64,000 nt of DNA from Deferribacterales bacterium (GTDB lineage: Bacteria > Chrysiogenota > Deferribacteres > Deferribacterales > Geovibrionaceae): NCBI GenBank assembly GCA_050251875.1, contig JBFWMA010000002.1, positions 32,001 to 96,000 on the forward strand, read 5' to 3'. The notes beneath the pieces are model-generated. The model had not been told where the DNA came from and searched no databases. It worked only from the letters and a program-made list of their open reading frames with translations. Below, in pieces: positions 18,016 to 27,812 of the stretch (position 1 is its first letter; each line of letters begins with the position of its first letter). A program made the position numbers and the translations under genes.

Positions 18016-20565
18016 ATGAGTATTATAAAACGGTTTATATCATTCATTCCTTATGCGGTGTTTATTCTGATTATGTTGACCGCTATTTTTCTGTTCAGAG
18101 ATCAGGAGAAACTTCTTAATACTCAAATCAACAGCAATATCAAATATATAGCCAGAGAGATAACAGGCAAGACCGCCAGCCGCATGAAATCATATGAGCA
18201 GGTGCTGAGAGGGATAAAAGGTCTGTATGTTTCTAAGAACTATAATATATCCAGACACGAACTGCTGGAATACGCCGCTCAGCTCGACATGGAAAAGAAT
18301 CTGCCGGGGGTGCAGGCGGTGGGGTTCTCCAGCTATATTTCGGCGGATCATGTGAAAGAACACACACAGCACGCCATAGCTGACGGATATCCGTCATACG
18401 CTCTGCGTTCAGATTCTGATAAATCTCACTATATAGCGGTGGATATTATGTATCCGGACACCGAGGAGAACAGGCGGGTTTACGGCTTTGACCTGTCCAG
18501 CGAGCCAGTCCGGGCGCAGATGCTTCGGTATGCGGTCAGCTCCCGCACCACCGGACTCTCCGGGAAAATAGTGCTGAAACAGGAGCTGACGGACAAAAAC
18601 GCTCCGGCAGGGGTGCTGATGTCTGTCCCTGTTTTTCGAAATGATGAGCTGTTCGGGGTTATATCCGCTCCTTTCCGCATCAATGACCTGATATTCGGGA
18701 TATTCAGAGGCGATATGAAAGATCTCGCCGTCAGAATATATGATTCAGCCGTTGGTCCTGATAACATCCTTTACGAGACAGATAACTATAATGATAAAGT
18801 CCAGGGGCATACTCTCACTCTGCCCATAGAGATGTACGGCAGGGTATGGATAATTGAGGCTGACGCCACGGCGCAGTATCTTTCTCAGTTTGATAACAGC
18901 AAGCCTTATGTGATTTTCGCAGGCGTGTTTGTGATCGGTCTTCTGCTGAGCATGCTGTCGCAGATACTTCTTGTCACCAGAAACAAGACATACGCCATGG
19001 CAAAGAGGATCGCCAACAGGCTTCTGGAGAGCGAGAACAGATTTCATAAAACATTCGAGCAGGCATCAGTGGGTATTGTCATCACATCTCTGGATCTGAG
19101 GATAATGAGCACCAACAGCTCGTTCAGAGATATTATAAGGTGTTCGGAGGCGGACGCCGCCGGAAGGGTTCTGACGGACTTTATAGCCGGCTCGGACAGG
19201 GCAGAGGTGGAGAAAAACTTTCAGCAGATGGCGGAAGGCAGACTGAAAGGGTATAAAACCGAGAAAAGAATAGTCTCCAGAACCAACGGTGAAAAATGGG
19301 CGGAGATAAACGCCTCTGTTTATTTCGACACCAACGGCGTGGCGAGATATCTTATATTCGTCATTCAGGATATATCACGCAGAAAGACAGCCGAGGAGTC
19401 TCTGCTGGAGCTGAGCATGCAGCAGGCGGCGATCCTGAACAACTCTCTCACCGCCATTATGAAAGTGCGCAACAGAAAGGTGGAATGGGTCAACAAAGCC
19501 TTTGAGGATATTTTCGGATACAGCAACGCCGAGATGATAGGCAACTCCACCAGTATCCTGCATATGTCCGACACTGAATATGAACAGTTCGGGCGGGATG
19601 TGGACAACTATGAAAAAATGCTGAAAGAGGGCTATGCGCAGACTCAGGTGGAGATGGTGAGGAAAGACGGCTCGTCCATCTGGGTAGACATCTCCGGAAA
19701 ACTGATAGGTCAGACGCCGGAATCCTCTTCTATCTGGGTTATGAATGATGTCACATCCAAAAAAGAGGCGCAGGACGAGCTGATCGACCTGAACGCTAAT
19801 CTGGAATGTAAAGTCGTGGAGGAGATACAGAAGAGGATAGAGCAGGAAAGGCTGTTTATGCAGCAGGGCAGGATGGCGGCGATGGGCGAGATGATCGGCG
19901 CTATAGCCCACCAGTGGAGACAGCCGCTGAACATTGTGTCTCTGGTGGTGCAGAATATATCTGATGATTTTAACGACAGCTCGCTGACGAAAGAGACAAT
20001 GGCGGAATATCTGGAAAATGTTCTGGAACAGCTCCAGCATATGTCATGTACCATTGACGATTTCAGGAATTTCTTTCAGATAGCCAAAGACAACGAGGAG
20101 TTTGATCCGGCGTATCAGGTTATCAGGGTGCTTCAGCTTATTAACGCCCAGCTCAGGGCGCACGATATAAAAGTGAACGTGACACAGGGAGCGCCCTGCG
20201 CCATATCCGGCATACCAAATGAGCTGTCTCAGGTTATGCTTAATGTCATCAACAACTCAAAAGACGCTTTCATGGCGAACGGAATCAGCGGTCCCCGCAT
20301 AGAAATAAGTGTCGGGCGCGAGGAGCGTGAGGCAGTCATCAGGATTCTGGACAATGGCGGAGGCATCCCCGACAGCATCAAAGACAGAATTTTCGACCCC
20401 TATTTCACCACCAAAAGAAAAGATATCGGCACCGGAATAGGGCTCTATATGAGCAAGATGATAATCAACGATCATTTCAGGGGTACTATCGATTTCGAGA
20501 ATAAACACGGCGGGGTGGAGTTCGTCATCAGAATACCGGTCTCCGCTAAGGGAGATCCCGCCTAG
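18016..20565 (+). CDS. CHASE + 2xPAS sensor histidine kinase
   Basis: Periplasmic CHASE (LPGVQAVGF, GFDLSSEPVR), two PAS/PAC domains, IAHQWRQPL H-box, DNGGG, GTGIGL. Confidence 0.92.
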   Translation: MSIIKRFISFIPYAVFILIMLTAIFLFRDQEKLLNTQINSNIKYIAREITGKTASRMKSYEQVLRGIKGLYVSKNYNISRHELLEYAAQLDMEKNLPGVQAVGFSSYISADHVKEHTQHAIADGYPSYALRSDSDKSHYIAVDIMYPDTEENRRVYGFDLSSEPVRAQMLRYAVSSRTTGLSGKIVLKQELTDKNAPAGVLMSVPVFRNDELFGVISAPFRINDLIFGIFRGDMKDLAVRIYDSAVGPDNILYETDNYNDKVQGHTLTLPIEMYGRVWIIEADATAQYLSQFDNSKPYVIFAGVFVIGLLLSMLSQILLVTRNKTYAMAKRIANRLLESENRFHKTFEQASVGIVITSLDLRIMSTNSSFRDIIRCSEADAAGRVLTDFIAGSDRAEVEKNFQQMAEGRLKGYKTEKRIVSRTNGEKWAEINASVYFDTNGVARYLIFVIQDISRRKTAEESLLELSMQQAAILNNSLTAIMKVRNRKVEWVNKAFEDIFGYSNAEMIGNSTSILHMSDTEYEQFGRDVDNYEKMLKEGYAQTQVEMVRKDGSSIWVDISGKLIGQTPESSSIWVMNDVTSKKEAQDELIDLNANLECKVVEEIQKRIEQERLFMQQGRMAAMGEMIGAIAHQWRQPLNIVSLVVQNISDDFNDSSLTKETMAEYLENVLEQLQHMSCTIDDFRNFFQIAKDNEEFDPAYQVIRVLQLINAQLRAHDIKVNVTQGAPCAISGIPNELSQVMLNVINNSKDAFMANGISGPRIEISVGREEREAVIRILDNGGGIPDSIKDRIFDPYFTTKRKDIGTGIGLYMSKMIINDHFRGTIDFENKHGGVEFVIRIPVSAKGDPA

Positions 20566-21461
20566 GAGTGTTTCAGCGCCTCTTTGATTCCGAGACTGCC
20601 CAGAAACTCTTTCAGTATCCTGGTCTGATATTTTTCTCTGTGAACGGCTATATGAAACTTTCTGCGCAGATCGAGAAACGGCGTATCCAGTATTTTTATC
20701 TTTCCTGAGTTTTCCATATCAGTCAGAACATATCTGGAGAGGCATCCCACAACGCCACCTTTTGCCACGGCGTTTTTCACCGCTTCGTTGTGCTCCATTT
20801 CCAGCATCACGTTCACCTTCATTGACGCTGTTTTGAACTGAGTCTCCAGAACACGTCTGGAGCCGGCGCCCGGTTCTCTCATTATCCAGTCGCAGTTTTG
20901 CAGATCGTCTATGGTTACGGCGTCCTGCTGTGCCAGCGGATGAGTGACGGAGACGAATATAGCCAGCTCGTCATCCAGCCAGGGGATGAGGTCTATCACT
21001 GGCTGACAGCAGCATTTTTCTATAATGCCCACGTCCACTTCAAATTTGATTACTTTGTCTATGGTCTCTTCGCTGTTGCCTATGTTCAGATAGATGTTGC
21101 TCATTCTGTTTACGTTGATGAAGTTCGTGATGTATTCAGGCAGAACATAGTTAGCTATGGACGGGATAGTTCCGATGGACAGATTGCCGCACATGCAGGG
21201 TTTGTCAGAGAAAAAGTTGACAAGCTCGCAGGCTTTGGAGAGCAGTTCGGCTGTGGTTTCCAGAATGGCGCTGCCTCGCTCGTTCAGGACGAGCTTTTTG
21301 CCGTTGCGCTCAAAAAGCCTCTCGCCGAGCTGATCCTCAAATCCTTTCAGAGCCATGCTCGCGGCGGCTTGCGTTATACATAATTTTTCTGCGGCCTGGG
21401 ACAGACTACCGAGTTTGGCCGTGTAATAAAAAGCCTCGATCTGTCTGATAGATATGTTCAT
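20562..21461 (-). CDS. LysR-family transcriptional regulator
   Basis: SLSQAAEKLCITQAAAS HTH; WIMREPGAGSR. Confidence 0.92.
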   Translation of the reverse strand: MNISIRQIEAFYYTAKLGSLSQAAEKLCITQAAASMALKGFEDQLGERLFERNGKKLVLNERGSAILETTAELLSKACELVNFFSDKPCMCGNLSIGTIPSIANYVLPEYITNFINVNRMSNIYLNIGNSEETIDKVIKFEVDVGIIEKCCCQPVIDLIPWLDDELAIFVSVTHPLAQQDAVTIDDLQNCDWIMREPGAGSRRVLETQFKTASMKVNVMLEMEHNEAVKNAVAKGGVVGCLSRYVLTDMENSGKIKILDTPFLDLRRKFHIAVHREKYQTRILKEFLGSLGIKEALKHS

Positions 21462-21479
21462 ATAAGAAACCCTTATATG
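21459..21479. promoter_or_regulatory. LysR recognition box (T-N11-A) overlapping the LysR start codon
   Basis: Perfect inverted repeat CATATAAG-AAACC-CTTATATG. Confidence 0.65.
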
Positions 21480-21758
21480 GTACTAAAGTATTATTGAAAC
21501 TGTTTGCTTATTTATAGTGGTATTGTTTGATTATTGCAAGTGTAATTTAACCATATCAGAACTTATGAGCTCTGTTTATGAAGGAAATTGAATATATAAG
21601 ATGTTATAAATAATACTTTTTTCGTGTGTTAATACTAAAAGTGGCTGTTTAACAATAATATTACTTTTAGTGAACAGAACCTATGTTGATTAAGGCCAAT
21701 AGCAACCAGTTAATTTTATATTAGTAAATGGCATAACTTTATTATTTGGAGGTAGCAG

Positions 21759-22796
21759 ATGAAAAAGTTGAACAGGAGAGATTTTATCAAAGGAGCGGCT
21801 GTTCTGTCCGGTGTCGCGATGTGCGGCGCGGCAAACACAGCCTTAGCATCTGAGACAGAACCGGAAGCCGGGCAGGCAAAAGGCGACATTCCGTCTCTGC
21901 CCTGGGGATATCAGGAGCTCGACCCTGAATACGTCAGGAAGCTGGGTCACCTCGGATATTATCTTGAAGAGTGCGGGGGAGGATGTTTCTGGGCTATCAT
22001 GACAGCGCTGAAAGAGAAGGTCGGATATCCATATACTCAGATACCTCTGCCTACCCCTGAACAGTTCATAGAATTTCTGAAAAATCCTGAAAGCAAACAG
22101 CACTATCAGGTTCCCATGCAGTACGGCGTGGGCGGCGTGGCTAACTTCGGCTCTCTCTGCGGAGCGCCCAACGGTGCGGCGTCAGCCATCACATACGCTA
22201 TGCCTTTTGATCAGGCGAAAGATATCATCCCCAGACTCCTCAGATATTATGAGGTGGAGACATTCCCCACTGACGAGTCTAACAAATATGCCGTGAACGG
22301 CGAGTTCCTCGTGCCCAAAATGAAGAGCAGCAAAGCTCTGCTCCAGTCTGCCAGCGACTCTGTTCTCTGCCACGTCAGCGTGGGCAAATGGTGCGAAAAA
22401 TCCGGCTATGCCAGCGGATCAAAAGAGAGATCAGAGAGATGCGGAAGAATCACAGGCGATATAGCCGCCATGGCTGTAAAACTGATGAACGCCTCCATGA
22501 AAGGCGAGCTGGAATCAGTCTTCCCTATGAAGCTGTCACAGGAAACAGCCGGATGCCGTTCCTGCCACTCTAAGGGTGAGAAGTTCGAATCCGGACAGTT
22601 CACCAGAGGATTCATGGACTGCGGAAGCTGCCACGATGTGAAGATGGAACCGCACAAAGGTACTAACAAGCTCCAGACAGCTTACGGAGCGGATGTCGGC
22701 ACATGGGCGGGAGCCGCAGTGGTGGGCACCATCGCCGGAATAGGAGCGCACGCCGTGAACAAACGTATCACCAAGGGGAAAGATGATGAAGAATAA
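21759..22796 (+). CDS. Tat-exported split-Soret cytochrome c-like (C-GCAxxG-C-C family) protein with two CxxCH motifs and a C-terminal hydrophobic anchor
   Basis: NRRDFIK Tat motif; CGGGCF, GSLCGA, SVLCH...KWC...ERCG; CRSCH, CGSCH; GGAGGT RBS. Confidence 0.75.
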   Translation: MKKLNRRDFIKGAAVLSGVAMCGAANTALASETEPEAGQAKGDIPSLPWGYQELDPEYVRKLGHLGYYLEECGGGCFWAIMTALKEKVGYPYTQIPLPTPEQFIEFLKNPESKQHYQVPMQYGVGGVANFGSLCGAPNGAASAITYAMPFDQAKDIIPRLLRYYEVETFPTDESNKYAVNGEFLVPKMKSSKALLQSASDSVLCHVSVGKWCEKSGYASGSKERSERCGRITGDIAAMAVKLMNASMKGELESVFPMKLSQETAGCRSCHSKGEKFESGQFTRGFMDCGSCHDVKMEPHKGTNKLQTAYGADVGTWAGAAVVGTIAGIGAHAVNKRITKGKDDEE

Positions 22797-23451
22797 TACA
22801 GTAACTGTAAAAAGGCACAGCCTGCTATACAGGATCCTGCACTGGGCTATTGTGGCGGAGGTTCTGCTTCTGCTTCTGTCCGGTTTCGGGGTCAGCGAGT
22901 ATCTCAGCCTCTCCGTGATAGGCAGAGGGGCGGCGAGGAGCTTTCATATAGTCCTCGGGATGCTCTGGGTATCAACCATCAGCTTCTTTGTTTATTATTT
23001 TATCATAAGCGGTGAATATAAATGGTTCGGTCTGTCCCGGGTGGGGATGGCGTTTGACTTCTTCATGCACGAGGTAAAGTGCTTTGTGGAGGGCAAACAG
23101 GTTCACAGCCCCGTACAGTACAACGCTGAAAAGAAAAAATATGTAGAAAAGATAGTTCCCACGGAAGTGATAGCCTGGTGGGGCTGGTTCTTCCTGTGGA
23201 CGCTGATGGTTCTGACCGGTCTGGCTCTTGTTTTTCCCGCCGGATTCGGTCTTGTTGTCAGATTCAGCGGAGCTCTGATGCCCGGATTCGAGAGCGGCGC
23301 CGCTGCAACCAGATTCCTGCACATCTCTCTGTCTCTGGTAATGGTTGTATACGCCATAATCCATGCCTATGCCTCATATATCTTCGGCATGGTCGGCTCT
23401 ATGTTCTCGGGAGTAAAACAGGAACCCGTGGCTGAATCAAAAGATTCATAA
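22783..23451 (+). CDS. Cytochrome b membrane subunit (FdnI/HyaC-like)
   Basis: RHSLLYRILHW, four TM helices with His ligands (FHIV, LHIS, IIHAY). Confidence 0.8.
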   Translation: MMKNNTVTVKRHSLLYRILHWAIVAEVLLLLLSGFGVSEYLSLSVIGRGAARSFHIVLGMLWVSTISFFVYYFIISGEYKWFGLSRVGMAFDFFMHEVKCFVEGKQVHSPVQYNAEKKKYVEKIVPTEVIAWWGWFFLWTLMVLTGLALVFPAGFGLVVRFSGALMPGFESGAAATRFLHISLSLVMVVYAIIHAYASYIFGMVGSMFSGVKQEPVAESKDS

Positions 23452-23470
23452 CGACCCCCGTACCATACAT

Positions 23471-23513
23471 AAAAAACCCGGTCTTCTGCTCTGCGCTCTG
23501 ACCGGGTTTTTTT
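23471..23513. terminator. Bidirectional intrinsic terminator
   Basis: AAAAAACCCGGTC-N16-GACCGGGTTTTTT. Confidence 0.8.
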
Positions 23514-25174
23514 TATCTGGTGATATATTCCGAACAGCCGCCGCCAGACTGGCTGTCGTCCATGCCGTAGCTTTTCAGCTTGCGGTAGAGGGTGGCGATG
23601 CCGATGCCTAGAATGTCCGCCGTCTGTTTTTTGTCGCCTTTCGTCATTTTCAGCGTTCTTTCTATGTGGTCCTTCTCCAGCTCTTCCAGAGTTCTGATCC
23701 TGTCATGATCCCTGCCGGAGCACATGGACTCCTGAATCTCCTGAGGCAGGTCGATGCACTCTATCGTGCCGCTGTCGCACAGGGCGCACGCTCTCTGGAC
23801 AACATTTTTCAGCTCTCTGACGTTGCCGGGCCAGTCGTATGAGAGCATGCACTGGCAGGCGTCCGGCGACAGACCTGTCACCTTCGTTCCCATCTCCTGA
23901 GAAGCCTGCTTCAGAAAGCTGTATGCCATGGGCAGAATATCCTCCGATCTGGATTTCAGCGGGGGGATTTTCAGCTCTATTACTTTCAGGCGGTAAAAGA
24001 GATCCCGGCGGAAATTTCCTTTTGTAATCTCGTCCTCCAGACATTTGTTGGTGGCGGAGATTATTCTGACATTGACTTTTCTGGGCGTATTTTCGCCTAT
24101 CCGCCTTATCTCTTTCTCCTGTATGAACCGGAGCAGTTTCACCTGCATGCTGGGGGTGGTTTCGCCTATCTCGTCCAGAAAGAGGGTGCCTCCGTTCGCC
24201 TCCTCTATCAGCCCTTTGTGTTCCCTGTCCGCTCCGGTGAAAGCGCCCTTAACATGCCCGAACAGTTCTGATTCCAGAAGCGTGTCGGAGAAAGCGCCGC
24301 AGTTCACCGCTATGAACGGTTTGGTGTTCTGCTTGGAACAGGTGTGGATGTATCTGGCGAGAAGCTCCTTTCCCACGCCGCTTTCGCCTGTTATCAGCAC
24401 GGAGGTATCAACCTTGCCGGTTCGCTCCGCCAGATTAATCAGGTCGGTCATGGGTTTGCTCCGCACCACCATACCGTCCAGAGCCTTCTTCTTCAGCTCC
24501 ACGTTTTTCAGGCTGAACAGGCTCTTTTTGAGTTTCTTTTCGGTATGTTTTATCTGTTCAGAGAGCTCTTTCAGTATGTCGTTGGTGGATTCCATACCAT
24601 AAAACGGAAGCTCGCTTTTGATCCTGTCGCCCCATTTGTCGGCGAACCGACCCTCTATTTCGCAGTGTTCGTCACCTTTGGCTATGCATTTTGTCTCTAT
24701 GAAATACACGTCTTTGTTGTGTTTGAATGATTCGTATCCGCTGGCGAATCCGGTGAGCGTCCAGCAGATGGATTCCTCCGACAGACCGAAGTGCAGAAGA
24801 TGCTGTTCCGCCTCGTATGAATGGTGGATGATGGACTTGATAAGCGGCTCATCCCCGGAACCGTAAGATTCCGACAGCTTGGTGGTGATGAAAAGCCCGT
24901 ACAGTTTATGGAGCGAAGCACCGCCCACCGGGCTGTTCAGCAGAGACGGCATCCTCTTGCTCAGCATCTCCGCCGTTCTCCATCCGTGGGCGTATCCGTA
25001 TCTTGTCAGGACGTTTTTAGCCCCGTATTTTCCGAAAATTTGTATCAGCTCTCTCCTCAGCAGACCTTCAGAGACGCTGTCGTTTATCAGCACCCGCTGA
25101 TCCAGCAGGAACAATGTTTCAGACGTAGGATCGACCTGAAGCATATCGCTGATGTTCATCTTGGCTATATCCAT
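23513..25174 (-). CDS. Sigma54-dependent activator, XylR/DmpR type (XylR_N + V4R + AAA+ + Fis HTH)
   Basis: SYEAEQH...CWTLTGFASGY...ETKCIAKGDEHC; GESGVGKE; ELFGHVKGAFTGA; LFLDEI; TLYRKLK. Confidence 0.95.
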   Translation of the reverse strand: MDIAKMNISDMLQVDPTSETLFLLDQRVLINDSVSEGLLRRELIQIFGKYGAKNVLTRYGYAHGWRTAEMLSKRMPSLLNSPVGGASLHKLYGLFITTKLSESYGSGDEPLIKSIIHHSYEAEQHLLHFGLSEESICWTLTGFASGYESFKHNKDVYFIETKCIAKGDEHCEIEGRFADKWGDRIKSELPFYGMESTNDILKELSEQIKHTEKKLKKSLFSLKNVELKKKALDGMVVRSKPMTDLINLAERTGKVDTSVLITGESGVGKELLARYIHTCSKQNTKPFIAVNCGAFSDTLLESELFGHVKGAFTGADREHKGLIEEANGGTLFLDEIGETTPSMQVKLLRFIQEKEIRRIGENTPRKVNVRIISATNKCLEDEITKGNFRRDLFYRLKVIELKIPPLKSRSEDILPMAYSFLKQASQEMGTKVTGLSPDACQCMLSYDWPGNVRELKNVVQRACALCDSGTIECIDLPQEIQESMCSGRDHDRIRTLEELEKDHIERTLKMTKGDKKQTADILGIGIATLYRKLKSYGMDDSQSGGGCSEYITR

Positions 25175-25237
25175 AATTTTCTCCTGTGCCGTCTGTATTA
25201 ATTATGTGCTCTTTTACCGTGAAATATCAAGCGAGAT

Positions 25238-25271
25238 TATCATTTTGATATTCATATGTATCATAATGATA
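25238..25271. promoter_or_regulatory. Paired palindromic upstream activator sites (probable UAS)
   Basis: TATCATTTTGATA (25238-25250) and TATCATAATGATA (25259-25271), 21 bp apart, upstream of the sigma54 promoter. Confidence 0.6.
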
Positions 25272-25334
25272 TTTTGTTGAGAAAAGTTCTTTTTGTGATT
25301 CCTTATTTATCAGTAACTTATGAATTATCAAAAA

Positions 25335-25351
25335 TTGGCACGCCTGTTGCA
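25335..25351 (+). promoter_or_regulatory. Sigma54 -24/-12 promoter
   Basis: TTGGCACGCCTGTTGCA matches TGGCAC-N5-TTGCA. Confidence 0.9.
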
Positions 25352-25407
25352 GTACAGGAAGCATGAGAACGAAGGGACCATCCCTAATATGCTATAAGGA
25401 GAGAAAG

Positions 25408-27111
25408 ATGGACAAAGATGGTAAAAGCAGAGTTTCCAGACGGGATTTCCTGAAAGGCAGTGTCGCAGGTATGGCGACAGCGGCGATCGCCGCAACGGCA
25501 GTAGCGGTACCCGGTGTATCCGAAGCGGGCGAAAAACTTCCGCACGACTGCCGGAAATGGAGCTGGGAAGCCCCCATGAAGGCTATTCCTGAGAATCAGA
25601 TCAAAAAAACTGTTAAAACAGACGTGGTTATCATCGGCGCCGGTCTTGCGGGGCTTGCTGCCGCTGTTTCCGCCGCTGAGCACGGAGCTGATGTGCAGAT
25701 AGTTGAGAAGAACTCCACATGGGCAGCCAGAGGCGGACACATCACCGCTTTTAACAGTAAAGTTCAGAAAAGTCTGGGCATCCAGAATGACTACAGACAG
25801 ATAATCCGTGACTGGATAGCATGGGCTCAGGGCAGGGTGGATGAGAAACTCCTCTGGTCTTTCGCCCATAAAAGCGGCGCCTGTATGGACTGGGCGGTGG
25901 ACATATCCAAAAAATACGGTCTCGAAGTCACTATGTGGGAAGGCTACTACAAAGGACCCGACTACACAGAATATCCCGTGACACACATCTTCTATGAAGA
26001 GGGCGCGGATCTTTCATATGTATACGGCAACTCAAAAGGCATAGGTAACGTAACACTCGTCCCCGCTATGGAGAAAGAGGCTAAATCAAAAGGCGTTGCA
26101 GTCAACTACAACACTCCCGCCGTTCAGCTTATCAAAGGATCTGACGGCAAGATAAAAGGGCTCATCGCAGGCAAAAAAGGCAAATATACTAAGTTTCTGG
26201 CAAAAAGCGTAATCATCGCCACAGGCGACTATGCCTCCAACAACGAGATGAAAGAGTGTTACTCACCTTTCAGCCTTAAGGCGGACGCTCAGATCTATTT
26301 CCCCAATAAGTGCAACACAGGTGACGGTCACATAATGGCTATGCAGATAGGCGGAGACATGCAGAGACAGGGACCCCACGCCGCTGTTATCCACCTGGAA
26401 GCCGGAGCAGCCAGCTATGGATTTCTCCATGTGAACGCTCTGGGTAAACGTTTTAAAAACGAAGACGTAAACACCCAGTCAAAAAGCTGTACAAAAGAGC
26501 TGGAGCCCGGAGGCATCGCATACACTATCTATGACAAGCACTGGGCAGATCAGGTGAAATATCAGGTGGACAACAACCTGGGCGGCGGTCTGTTCTATGG
26601 ACAGATGTGGCAGCCCTGGGGCAAAGGATGGAACAAAGATGTTGAGATCATGACTCAGCAGGCTCACATAAAAGACGGTAAAGTTCTCGTGGCAAACACA
26701 GTGGAAGAACTGGCTCAGAAGATAGATGTGCCCGTGCAGAACCTGAAAGCCACCATCGCCAGATACAACGAGCTTTGCAAAATGCAGAACGATGCGGACT
26801 ATGGAAAGAGGAAACAGCTCCTGACACCGATCATCGATCCTCCTTTCTATGCAGGAAAACTCTACAGCACACTTCTGACTATGTGCGGCGGTCTGAGAAC
26901 AGACAGCAGTCTGCTTGTTCTGGATGAAAAAGGTCAGCCTATAGACGGACTTTATGTTGTCGGCTCAGCACAGGGTGAGTTCTTTGCTAACGATTACCCG
27001 ACAATCTGCCCCGGAATCGGACACGGACGCTGTCTGACATTCGGCAGAATGGCGGGAATACTCGCCGCAGGCAAAGACCCCGACAAGATAATTCCTTCTC
27101 TGGAAGTATAA
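25408..27111 (+). CDS. Tat-exported FAD-dependent oxidoreductase (flavocytochrome c flavin subunit / FAD_binding_2 family)
   Basis: AAGGAG RBS before ATG 25408; SRRDFLK; IIGAGLAG; ATGDY; NTGDGH; GKRFKNE; TMCGGL; GLYVVG. Confidence 0.9.
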   Translation: MDKDGKSRVSRRDFLKGSVAGMATAAIAATAVAVPGVSEAGEKLPHDCRKWSWEAPMKAIPENQIKKTVKTDVVIIGAGLAGLAAAVSAAEHGADVQIVEKNSTWAARGGHITAFNSKVQKSLGIQNDYRQIIRDWIAWAQGRVDEKLLWSFAHKSGACMDWAVDISKKYGLEVTMWEGYYKGPDYTEYPVTHIFYEEGADLSYVYGNSKGIGNVTLVPAMEKEAKSKGVAVNYNTPAVQLIKGSDGKIKGLIAGKKGKYTKFLAKSVIIATGDYASNNEMKECYSPFSLKADAQIYFPNKCNTGDGHIMAMQIGGDMQRQGPHAAVIHLEAGAASYGFLHVNALGKRFKNEDVNTQSKSCTKELEPGGIAYTIYDKHWADQVKYQVDNNLGGGLFYGQMWQPWGKGWNKDVEIMTQQAHIKDGKVLVANTVEELAQKIDVPVQNLKATIARYNELCKMQNDADYGKRKQLLTPIIDPPFYAGKLYSTLLTMCGGLRTDSSLLVLDEKGQPIDGLYVVGSAQGEFFANDYPTICPGIGHGRCLTFGRMAGILAAGKDPDKIIPSLEV

Positions 27112-27123
27112 ACAGGGATTTTT

Positions 27124-27627
27124 ATGACAAAAACCATAAATGGGTTAATTTTTCTGACGGCGGCCCTCTTTCTGACGGCGATGGCATATGGGGGAGGCGC
27201 GGGAGCGTCATGCTCAGGCGATTGCCATGTGATAAAGCCCTATGAGGAGGGCGCCGCAAATAAAGAACTGCTCGTTTACAGCCACTTTCAGGCAGGAGTG
27301 GGATGCACGGAATGCCACGAGAGAACGGATGAGGAGATAGCGCACGAAAAAGAGGTGTATAAAAGCGGGGACTATGAAAAACCGCTCTACACCAGAGAGT
27401 ATGACGCTGATTTCTGCTTCCGCTGTCATGAGAGCTACAAGGCTCTGGCGGAAAGATCCGAACATCTGAAAGAAGAGCTGGGGCGTAACCCGCATGAATC
27501 ACACATGGGCGAAGTACCATGTTATGAATGTCACAAGGCGCATCAGCCCTCACGGCTGGTCTGCTCCGAGTGTCATAAATCGAATTGGGGAGAAAAACTG
27601 CCAAAAGGCTGGCAGTTTGACAATTAG
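27124..27627 (+). CDS. Periplasmic multiheme cytochrome c (c3-like)
   Basis: Signal peptide; CTECH, CFRCH, CYECH, CSECH plus atypical CSGDCH; NPHESH. Confidence 0.9.
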   Translation: MTKTINGLIFLTAALFLTAMAYGGGAGASCSGDCHVIKPYEEGAANKELLVYSHFQAGVGCTECHERTDEEIAHEKEVYKSGDYEKPLYTREYDADFCFRCHESYKALAERSEHLKEELGRNPHESHMGEVPCYECHKAHQPSRLVCSECHKSNWGEKLPKGWQFDN

Positions 27628-27812
27628 CTTTCCGGTGGGGGCTATGAAGGAGGGACAGAGCCCCCTACTGTTTTCTTAGCCATGCCGGAGTGATGAAAGG
27701 ATCGGTATGATCCGCTCTCTCCTTATGTCTCATAACACCAGACGGCAGTGGAAACGGAACTCCCCTTATGCGGGAGTTCCTTTAAATAGCCATATATCAA
27801 AAGGAGGTTCTG

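Noticed and set aside
25408..27111. Fumarate reductase FrdA/FccA assignment
   Set aside because: Fumarate-binding His/Arg motifs are not conserved.
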